DNA of 64,000 nt from Acetobacter sp. CAG:977 (lineage in GTDB: Bacteria > Pseudomonadota > Alphaproteobacteria > CAAGCB01 > CAG-977), in contig HF994934.1 in the NCBI GenBank assembly GCA_000434295.1, positions 140,561 through 204,560 of the forward strand, given 5' to 3'. Under the pieces are notes generated by a model that was not told the DNA's origin, made no database searches, and saw only the letters and a list, made by a program, of their open reading frames with translations. Position 1 is the first letter of the stretch; each line of letters starts with the position of its first letter. Shown here one piece after another: positions 9,981 through 17,839 of the stretch. The position numbers were made by a program, and so were the translations under genes.

Positions 9981-10631
9981 ATGAGCTCGTCTTTGCATAT
10001 CAAACGTCGCGGTTTTATGTTGGTTTTGTCTTCGCCTTCGGGAGCCGGAAAAACGGCGATTTCCCGCCGTATTTTAAGTACGGAACCCGATATGTCTTTG
10101 TCGATTTCCGTAACGACCCGCCCGCCGCGCCCCGGAGAAGTGAACGGTCGTGATTATTTCTTTGTCGATGTCCCGACGTTTGAAGGCATGGTGCAACGCA
10201 ACGAATTTCTTGAGCACGCGAAATTCTGCGACAACTATTACGGCACGCCGAAAGAACCCGTCCGCAAGGCTTTGGAAGAAGGCAAAGACATTCTGTTTGA
10301 CATTGATTGGCAAGGCACGCAGCAAATTGCGGAAAACGCCCGCGAAGATCTGGTCAGCGTGTTTATCCTGCCTCCGTCGATTGAAGAGTTGGAACGCCGT
10401 CTGTTTTCCCGAGCTCAGGACACCGAAGAAGTCGTTCGCCGCAGAATGTCGATTGCCGCGGCGGAAATGAGCCATTGGAACGAATACGATTATGTTATCG
10501 TCAACGTCGATTTTGAAGAAAGCGTTCAAAACGTCATGTCAATCATTCAGGCGGAACGTTTAAAACGCGGTCGTCAGGTCGGGTTGGCGGGTTTTGTCAA
10601 TTCCATGCGGGCTGCCGAAGAAGAAAAATAA
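9981..10631 (+). CDS. gmk: Guanylate kinase
   Basis: P-loop 'SSPSGAGKT', 'RPPR.GE..G.DY.F' GMP-binding region. Confidence 0.9.
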   Translation: MSSSLHIKRRGFMLVLSSPSGAGKTAISRRILSTEPDMSLSISVTTRPPRPGEVNGRDYFFVDVPTFEGMVQRNEFLEHAKFCDNYYGTPKEPVRKALEEGKDILFDIDWQGTQQIAENAREDLVSVFILPPSIEELERRLFSRAQDTEEVVRRRMSIAAAEMSHWNEYDYVIVNVDFEESVQNVMSIIQAERLKRGRQVGLAGFVNSMRAAEEEK

Positions 10632-10635
10632 GAAA

Positions 10636-10661
10636 AATCCCCGTTTTTCGGGGATTTTTTA
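10636..10661 (+). terminator. Rho-independent terminator after gmk
   Basis: ATCCCCG-tttt-CGGGGAT followed by T6. Confidence 0.7.
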
Positions 10662-10735
10662 TACCTGAATTCCGTTGACAAGCGCTTTTTTTTAGACAAA
10701 AATATTCTATATTTCTTAAATTCAGGGAGAAAATA

Positions 10736-12613
10736 ATGTCTGAAAAAATGCCCGCATGGGATTTAAACGACTTGTATCCCGGTATGGATTCGCCGGAATT
10801 AAAAAAAGATATCGCCGCCGTCAGCGCCGGCGCTTTGAAATTTGAAACCCGCTATAAAGGAAAATTAGCCGAATCTTCGCCCGACGAATTCGGAAATTCC
10901 ATTGAAGAATATGAAAAATTGGATGAAACGCTGAGTCGTTTGTATGCTTATTCTTATCTGCTGCATTCAACAAACTTGAACGATCCGAAAATTTCAACGT
11001 TCTATCAGAACATTCGGGAAAAATCGAACGACGTTTCCAATAAAATGCTGTTCTTTGAACTGGAGCTGAACACCATGAGCGAAGAACAGGTTCAGGAAAA
11101 AATGGTGTCACCCAAAGCCAAAAACTATGAACCGTGGATTAAAAACGTCCGTGCCGCCCGCGATCACATGCTTTCCGAAGACTTGGAAAAAATGCTGCAC
11201 GAAAAGTACGTCGTCGGTGCCGCCGCTTGGAACAGGCTTTTTGAAGAAACGATGGCTTCTTTGCGTTTTAACATCGGCGGAAAAATGGTTACGGAACCCG
11301 AAGCAACGAATATTATTTCCTTTTCGCCGGACGCAAAAACCCGCCATGAAGCCGGCGCCGAAGTCGATCGCGTCATGAAAAAAAATATGCCGATCTTTTC
11401 TTTGATTACCAACACGCTTGCCAAAGACAAACAAATCGAAGACGAATGGCGCGGCTATAAACGCCCCGTTTCCGCCCGAAATATCGAAAATCAGGTCGAA
11501 GACGAAGTCGTTGACGCTTTGGTTGATACGGTCGTCGCCAACCATCCGGACGTTTCCCACCGCTTTTACAAAATGAAAGCTGACTGGCTGGGCGTCGATA
11601 AATTGGAATACTGGGACAGAAATGCTCCGATTCCCGGATTGCCCGAGAAACAATATTCTTGGGAAGATGCCAAAAACATCGTTTTGTCCGCTTATAACGA
11701 ATTTTCGCCCGAAATGGCAAAAATCGGCAAAAAATTCTTTGATAACAACTGGATCGACGTTGCTCCGAAAGAAGGAAAAATGGGCGGCGCTTATGCTCAT
11801 CCGACCGTTCCTTCAGCCCATCCCTACTTGATGTTAAACTTTATGGGAAAAGCCGACGACGTCATGGCGCTGGCGCATGAATTGGGACACGGCGTGCATC
11901 AGTATTTGGCAAGGTCTCAGGGAATATTAAAGTCCCATACGCCGATTACTTTGGCGGAAACGGCTTCCATCTTCGGAGAAATGGTAACCTTCCAATACAT
12001 GCTCAAGCATGAAAAAGACCCCAAACAGCGCTTTGCCCTGTTGGCGGAAAAAACCGGAAGCATGCTGAATTCGACGGTTCGCCAGATTGCGTTCCACCGC
12101 TTTGAAACAAAAGTCCATACGGAACGCCGCGAACAAGGCGAAGTCGCTCCCGAACGGCTGGATAAAATCTGGACCGAAGTCCAAAGCGACGCTTTGGGAC
12201 CTGCCGTTAAAAACGACGAACGTTCCAGCTCTTCCTGGGCAACGATTCCTCACCTGATTCGTACGCCGTTCTATGTCTACGGATATGCGTTCGGCGATTG
12301 TCTGGTCAACTCTTTGTACAGCGTCCATCAGGAAGGAAAAGTCGAAGATTTTCCCAAAAAGTACTTGGAAATGCTTTCCAAAGGCGGTTCCGAACGTCAT
12401 CAACAAATGTTAAAGCCGTTCGGATTGGATGCTTCAAAGCCCGATTTTTGGCAAAAAGGCATGAACGTCATCAAAGGCTTTGTCGACCAACTGGAAGTCT
12501 TGACGGACGAACTGGGCATGAACAAAAACAAAGCCAAGCAAGCCGACAATAAACAGGCGGCTCCGGTTCAGAGCGGTATGGTTAAAAAAGTCACCGGCTT
12601 AAAATCCAGATAA
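10736..12613 (+). CDS. pepF: Oligoendopeptidase F (M3B metallopeptidase)
   Basis: Zinc motif 'HELGHGVH'; 625 aa; M3-family layout. Confidence 0.9.
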   Translation: MSEKMPAWDLNDLYPGMDSPELKKDIAAVSAGALKFETRYKGKLAESSPDEFGNSIEEYEKLDETLSRLYAYSYLLHSTNLNDPKISTFYQNIREKSNDVSNKMLFFELELNTMSEEQVQEKMVSPKAKNYEPWIKNVRAARDHMLSEDLEKMLHEKYVVGAAAWNRLFEETMASLRFNIGGKMVTEPEATNIISFSPDAKTRHEAGAEVDRVMKKNMPIFSLITNTLAKDKQIEDEWRGYKRPVSARNIENQVEDEVVDALVDTVVANHPDVSHRFYKMKADWLGVDKLEYWDRNAPIPGLPEKQYSWEDAKNIVLSAYNEFSPEMAKIGKKFFDNNWIDVAPKEGKMGGAYAHPTVPSAHPYLMLNFMGKADDVMALAHELGHGVHQYLARSQGILKSHTPITLAETASIFGEMVTFQYMLKHEKDPKQRFALLAEKTGSMLNSTVRQIAFHRFETKVHTERREQGEVAPERLDKIWTEVQSDALGPAVKNDERSSSSWATIPHLIRTPFYVYGYAFGDCLVNSLYSVHQEGKVEDFPKKYLEMLSKGGSERHQQMLKPFGLDASKPDFWQKGMNVIKGFVDQLEVLTDELGMNKNKAKQADNKQAAPVQSGMVKKVTGLKSR

Positions 12614-12630
12614 GCTTAATCAAAAATAAA

Positions 12631-12660
12631 AGGCGGAGATTGTATCTCCGCCTTTTTTCT
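12631..12660 (+). terminator. Rho-independent terminator after pepF
   Basis: GGCGGAGAT-tgt-ATCTCCGCC plus T-run. Confidence 0.75.
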
Positions 12661-12715
12661 GTTTTTTGTCAAAAATTTCTGATAAAATGCTCTTGATGTT
12701 CTAAAGAGGACGGCT

Positions 12716-13447
12716 ATGGAAGAAGAAAACAAGACCTGTAAAATCACATTGTATCTGGATACGCCGAAACCTTTGTTGCGCCCGTTCAAAGACCCGACAA
12801 AACACAATCAGCTGGAAAGTCTTTTCATAAACCATTGCCCGGATGTCGTTGCCATTACGGGACATGCTTTTATCGGTCTGACCAACGAAAAAGGCGTTGA
12901 AGAACGCTGGGGATATTCCGGCAGCTCTCTTTCCCCTTTTAAAGCCATTAACGGCACAAAAGGCGTTTTTGATCTCCACGAACCCGAAATTCCCTATAAC
13001 GAAGCCATCATATGGAATATTTCGCCAGAACAGTTCAATGCTGCTCAAAATGCCGTTAATGCTCTGAAAGAAAATCCGGGAACCTATAAATTATTCAAAA
13101 ACAACTGTGCAACAACCGCTCTTTCCATTCTTAAAGCCGCAAATGTCGAAGATTTGCCTTCCGATAAACTGGGATTAACCCCTTACGGATTGGTTTTAAA
13201 AAAGCGCTGGATGCTGGCAAAACGGCGGTTGGAAGTCGCTCGCTTTAAAGCCAAAAATTTCATTAATTCCTTGTTCGGCAAGAAAAAAATTCCTCAAACG
13301 GCTTTGCTGGAATCCTTACGTTCCAAACCGTTGCCGGTTCCCATCAACAACGCCATGAAAGCGTTTCGCCAAAACAGGGCAAAATCGGAAACTAAGCCCA
13401 TTGACGTTACGAAAGTATTGGCTTCCGTTTCAAATATACGATCCTGA
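12716..13447 (+). CDS. PPPDE/DeSI-like permuted papain-fold putative thiol peptidase with a basic C-terminal tail
   Basis: His-then-Cys order: 'ITGHAFIGL' ... 'YKLFKNNCATTAL', resembling the PPPDE 'NNCNHF' motif. No signal peptide. The last ~90 aa are rich in K/R. Terminators flank both sides. Confidence 0.5.
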   Translation: MEEENKTCKITLYLDTPKPLLRPFKDPTKHNQLESLFINHCPDVVAITGHAFIGLTNEKGVEERWGYSGSSLSPFKAINGTKGVFDLHEPEIPYNEAIIWNISPEQFNAAQNAVNALKENPGTYKLFKNNCATTALSILKAANVEDLPSDKLGLTPYGLVLKKRWMLAKRRLEVARFKAKNFINSLFGKKKIPQTALLESLRSKPLPVPINNAMKAFRQNRAKSETKPIDVTKVLASVSNIRS

Positions 13448-13469
13448 TACGGCGTCTCAAAATATTTTA

Positions 13470-13493
13470 AGCACCCTTTCGGGTGCTTTTTTA
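13470..13493. terminator. Bidirectional terminator (AGCACCC-tttc-GGGTGCT + T-run)
   Basis: Sits in the convergent gap between 12716..13447 and the GGDEF gene. Confidence 0.7.
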
Positions 13494-13498
13494 TAGCT

Positions 13499-15715
13499 TT
13501 ATTTAGGAATTTTCGGCGGCGGAACAGGTCCCGTATGCGGCAATTTCGGTATTTTTACCCGAACGACTCCGGGCATTTTCGGAACTTTGACTTTCATGAC
13601 ACCGGCGGGAACTTTTATCTTTTTCATCATCGGGGGCGCAGGAACGGGATTTTCTTCCTCAGCCGGCGACGATTCGGAAAAATCTATCGGCATTTCTTCC
13701 GGAATCTGAGGCGGCGGAACCGCAGAAGCATAAATATCCGTATCGTCTTCGGGCGGTAAAGCAGGCTCTTCATCGTCCAAAGGCGGCTCTTCAACGGGGA
13801 TTTCCGGAATTTCCGCCGCTTCTTCGGAAAACGCATTATTTTCGGACGGCAGAATCTCATCATCCAAAGGCGGTTCTTCATCCTCTAAAGGCGGTTCGGA
13901 ATTCGATTGAGAATCTTTGGACTGAGAGGATTCGTCTTCATCGTACAAATCGTCCAAAGAAACACCGTGAGGCACTGTTCCTCCCTGTTTGGGCAAATCT
14001 TCTTCGTCATCGTCCAACGGTACGTCATCGTCAATATATTCGTGTTTTTCGGGCGCGTTTTCCAATGCCGGCACGCCGGCTCCCTCGCGCAACGGAGGCG
14101 CCGCCACCGCCGCCGAAACAGGCGTAAAGTAATATAACGGTTCTTCCTGAGTCTTTAAAATTTCTTCATCCGACGGCGGAACCGTATTTTTATCCGCTCC
14201 GTTTTCATTGCGTATAATAACTCTGTTCCTGCCGTTTTCTTTCGCAACATACAAAGCTTCGTCCGCCATCTTCAGCATTTCTTCAATATTGTCGGTAACC
14301 GTCGATGAAACCAACCCTATGCTGACCGTAAAACGAACATCTTCGTTTTGTTCGTTTTTCACAACGATTTTAGAAATTTTAATACGCAGGCGCTCTGCAA
14401 CCTTGTGAGCGTTTTCCAAAGAAATTTCAGGCAATAAAATAACAAATTCCTCACCGCCGAAACGCGCAACTATGTCCGATTCGCGTAACGTCATGCGGCA
14501 ACAATTCGCCAATGCCTGCAAAACCAAATCACCTACGGCATGACCGTGCGTGTCGTTAACGTTCTTAAAGTGATCCGCATCTATCATAAACAGGCAGAAC
14601 GGGTGATGATAACGGCGCGAACGTTGGACTTCCTTGGTCGCCAGTTCTTCAAATTGGCGGCGGTTATAGCAATTCGTCAGCGGATCGCGCGTCGCCTGAT
14701 CAAACAGCTTCATTTCTTTTTTCTTGCGTCCCGTAATGTCTTGGAACGCCATGTAAAGCGCTATTTCGTATTCAAAATCAATTACGCGTGCCGACAATAA
14801 CAGCCAAAACGGTTCGCCCTTTCGCGGTTTGACCAGAATTTCAAAATCGTCAACAACGGGCTTTTTTTCCAGCTTTGCCAAAAGCTCGCGCCGACTGGAC
14901 GGATCGGCAAGATAGTCAACCGTCTTGAAATTCCCCGGATGCTTCACGTCCAATCCGAACAAACTTCCCGCTTTGTCGTTAATCAGCATCAGCTGATCGT
15001 CTTTTAACCGCGAAATAATAATAGGAAACGGTGATTTTTGAATCATCAGACGCAAACGTTCTTTGCTTTCTTCGGCTTCCTGAACCAAATCGTCAAAACG
15101 GTGCGCCAACAAATTGTTCGAAATCAATATTAATCCGCACATCACGCCGATATATAAAAACGTTTCAAACAACGGAGAAATTAAATTTCTTCCCCAAGCG
15201 ACCAAATCCAGCAAATTAAACAGAGCTATGAAAATAAAAAGCCAGCCCGTAATCACAAAGCCCAAGGAGTTTCTTAAAGATTTTTTATTCCACAGCGCCG
15301 CGGCCAAAGCTCCGTAACCCAAAGTCGAAACCGCCATGGAAACGTTTAACAGGCTTCCGTCGCGCAAGATTATAACGACGTACCAGCTCCAAACCCCTGC
15401 CAGAACGCCCGCCGCCATTAACAAAAGATTGTTTATTTTCTTCACGCCCTTTATGCAAAGCGCGCCCGTCACAAAGCAAACCGCAGAAAGCAATCGCAAA
15501 AAAAGCGTTACAAAATAATATGCCCCTTCTTCAAAAACGGGAATCAGCCAAATAAACGCTTTTGCAACCAAAACGCAGACAAATCCGTAAAAAACGGCTT
15601 GAATCCCTTTTGAAAAATCCGCCTGATCCTTCAAATACCGCAATGCCAACAATATGCCGACAATGCTAAACAAAATCGGAACCAAACCTGCGGATGAATT
15701 TAAAGCCGTTCCCAT
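13499..15715 (-). CDS. Membrane-anchored PAS-GGDEF diguanylate cyclase with a long repetitive acidic/Pro-rich C-terminal tail
   Basis: N-terminal multi-TM region, central PAS-like segment, GGDEF domain with 'RFGGEEF' active site. The ~200-aa tail has 'EEPPLDDE' repeats and ends in 'KVKVPKMPGVVRVKIPK'. Confidence 0.85.
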   Translation of the reverse strand: MGTALNSSAGLVPILFSIVGILLALRYLKDQADFSKGIQAVFYGFVCVLVAKAFIWLIPVFEEGAYYFVTLFLRLLSAVCFVTGALCIKGVKKINNLLLMAAGVLAGVWSWYVVIILRDGSLLNVSMAVSTLGYGALAAALWNKKSLRNSLGFVITGWLFIFIALFNLLDLVAWGRNLISPLFETFLYIGVMCGLILISNNLLAHRFDDLVQEAEESKERLRLMIQKSPFPIIISRLKDDQLMLINDKAGSLFGLDVKHPGNFKTVDYLADPSSRRELLAKLEKKPVVDDFEILVKPRKGEPFWLLLSARVIDFEYEIALYMAFQDITGRKKKEMKLFDQATRDPLTNCYNRRQFEELATKEVQRSRRYHHPFCLFMIDADHFKNVNDTHGHAVGDLVLQALANCCRMTLRESDIVARFGGEEFVILLPEISLENAHKVAERLRIKISKIVVKNEQNEDVRFTVSIGLVSSTVTDNIEEMLKMADEALYVAKENGRNRVIIRNENGADKNTVPPSDEEILKTQEEPLYYFTPVSAAVAAPPLREGAGVPALENAPEKHEYIDDDVPLDDDEEDLPKQGGTVPHGVSLDDLYDEDESSQSKDSQSNSEPPLEDEEPPLDDEILPSENNAFSEEAAEIPEIPVEEPPLDDEEPALPPEDDTDIYASAVPPPQIPEEMPIDFSESSPAEEENPVPAPPMMKKIKVPAGVMKVKVPKMPGVVRVKIPKLPHTGPVPPPKIPK

Positions 15716-15819
15716 ACGTAAAAAAACTCCTCTTAAAATTTATTCTATAGTATAATGCGTTTGCAGAGCAAAGACGATTTTGTCATAACTTCAAAAAAAA
15801 CGTTATATCGAGGTCTGTT

Positions 15820-17076
15820 ATGGTACAGGACGCATTGATGGAAAACGACGGCGTTTCCGAAACCTTGGATGAAATGGAAGAAATTTCACGAAACGAAAAA
15901 AAATTCGAAAAACGCCGTTTGCGTCCTTTGGCCAGCTTTTTGGATTTCGACGTGTCCCACAGACCGACACAGGCTCAAGACAGAATTTCTAAAAAAAGAG
16001 TCTATTTCGGCATTTTTTTGGGAATCTTGTTGATTGTTCTGGGATTGATGTCAAACGTTTCTTCCGAAGCCGATCCCCTGTTCGCAAAAAGTCAGAAAGT
16101 TACTCTCTCCGATAATATTTTCAGCGCTTCATGGCTGTTTGTCGGCTTGGGCATTTTTATTATCGCAACCCGTCTGTTGCTCTTGTTCTACGGACGCGAT
16201 TTCTTTATCGGACATAAATTTGCCGCCGTCGTTATCCAAAAACCTTTTGAACGAAGCAACCGCATGGCTGATTCTTTAAAAGGCTATCTCGGCGTGCGCT
16301 ACAGATCCCGCATCGTCAATGTATTGGGGCTGACTTCTTTCACGCAACACATCATAGACCTGCAACACCCCAACGAAGCCAAAACAATCCCGCTGTATAT
16401 TACGGCAAACGGAGAAGGAATTTCAAAAAAATGGCGCGAATTGGCCGAACAGCTGAAAATGCCCGCCATCTTTAATACCGCCGACGGAATTATCGAAATC
16501 CCGACGGAAGATATTGAAAAACCGCTCGTCAAGCTTATCGCCGAAAATAAAATTCCTATCGATTCTTCTTGCCTGTACAAGGTTCCTAAATCTTTCCGTA
16601 TCGTCGAAGAAGAAAAATTTTGCCAAATAGACCCTCAAATTCGTGACAGCGCTTTTTCCAAATTTTCCGCAGTACTTTGCGTCTTCGCATTCTTTTTTAC
16701 CGCAGGTTTTGCCCTGATTGCCGCTTCCCAGCCCCATCAGCATAACCTGTCCATCATTCTCGTCGCGTTCCTGGCCGCCGTCTTGTTAATTCTTGTCCCC
16801 GTGTCGCTGTTCTTTAGAAAACGGCGCATCATTATTTCAAAAGAAGGCATACGCATTAAATCACGCTGGATTTTTTTTCCGTCCTTCGGCTATCTGATTG
16901 AACCGAAAAGCTTGGAATCCCTCTATGTCGTCCATAACAGCTATGATTTCAAATATTCTCTGGTCATCGGCGCCGACGGGCAGACGACCCATATCGGGCG
17001 CGGTTTGCCAAAAGCCGATTTGGATTGGCTCAGAAACTTTATCAATGCCCAAATCAAACGGTTTATTCGTGAATAA
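15820..17076 (+). CDS. Membrane protein with two TM-hairpin plus bacterial-PH-like (bPH_2/YdbT-like) modules
   Basis: Two pairs of TM helices, each followed by a soluble segment (about 140 and 90 aa, e.g. 'RKRRIIISKEGIRIKSRWIFF'). Divergent from the GGDEF gene. Confidence 0.55.
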   Translation: MVQDALMENDGVSETLDEMEEISRNEKKFEKRRLRPLASFLDFDVSHRPTQAQDRISKKRVYFGIFLGILLIVLGLMSNVSSEADPLFAKSQKVTLSDNIFSASWLFVGLGIFIIATRLLLLFYGRDFFIGHKFAAVVIQKPFERSNRMADSLKGYLGVRYRSRIVNVLGLTSFTQHIIDLQHPNEAKTIPLYITANGEGISKKWRELAEQLKMPAIFNTADGIIEIPTEDIEKPLVKLIAENKIPIDSSCLYKVPKSFRIVEEEKFCQIDPQIRDSAFSKFSAVLCVFAFFFTAGFALIAASQPHQHNLSIILVAFLAAVLLILVPVSLFFRKRRIIISKEGIRIKSRWIFFPSFGYLIEPKSLESLYVVHNSYDFKYSLVIGADGQTTHIGRGLPKADLDWLRNFINAQIKRFIRE

Positions 17077-17839
17077 TCTCTGTTAATACGTTAAAAAAAC
17101 GGTCCTTGACGTACTTTTCGCGAAAAGGCGAATGTCCGCAATTTTCAAAGATAAATTCACGAACGTCCAAACCCGCCCGACGAAGCGGTAAAACGGCATC
17201 TGACGCCAAATGAGGGTCTTTATCGCCTTGAAGCACGTAAACGGACGCGTCTATTTCTTTTAACAACGTTTCAAATCCGTTGTTTTTTCTGAATAAATCC
17301 GCCTGAGACCAAACCTTTTCATAAATGTTTTCGCAAAAAGGCAATAAAAAATCCAAAGAAGGGTCAGGATCGGGCAGACAAACGTTATCGGCTTTGTCGG
17401 CAAGTTCTCCCAGACGCGAAAAAGCGTCTTTGTCTCCCGTCTGCGCCAAAACGGCACAGCGTTTGAATTCTTTAAAATCAGAAGGCGACAATGCTTTTAA
17501 ACGGCGCATGCTTATCTCTTCCGCCGCTTTTGCTTCAAACGGCGGACAGCCGATCAAAATCAGCTTTGATACGTTGTGATATTTTGCCGCGTAAAATAAC
17601 GCCAGCCATGCTCCCCAAGAATGACCTATCAGTACTTTCGGATTGAAATCGGCAAGCAAGTCCGAAAGCTCGGCAACTTGCCCTTCTATGCTTTCCGCGG
17701 ATTGGACGGGTTCCAAAACACCCGTCTTTGCCCTGTTGGAAAGCTCTGACGCCAAATATCCGACAGATCCCGCCGCTCCGGGGCCGCCGTGCAACGCCGC
17801 AACCGTATAAGGAGCGTTTCCGTATAAGCGTAACGTCAT
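17063..17839 (-). CDS. Alpha/beta-hydrolase fold protein
   Basis: Nucleophile elbow 'GHSWG'; 258 aa; start overlaps the mnmG stop (ATGA coupling). Confidence 0.8.
   Translation of the reverse strand: MTLRLYGNAPYTVAALHGGPGAAGSVGYLASELSNRAKTGVLEPVQSAESIEGQVAELSDLLADFNPKVLIGHSWGAWLALFYAAKYHNVSKLILIGCPPFEAKAAEEISMRRLKALSPSDFKEFKRCAVLAQTGDKDAFSRLGELADKADNVCLPDPDPSLDFLLPFCENIYEKVWSQADLFRKNNGFETLLKEIDASVYVLQGDKDPHLASDAVLPLRRAGLDVREFIFENCGHSPFREKYVKDRFFNVLTEIIHE

Noticed and set aside
13760-13900. Direct DNA repeats (~24 bp) considered as CRISPR-like or intergenic repeat
   Set aside because: They are in-frame coding repeats within the GGDEF gene tail (EEPPLDDE units), not spacer-separated CRISPR repeats.
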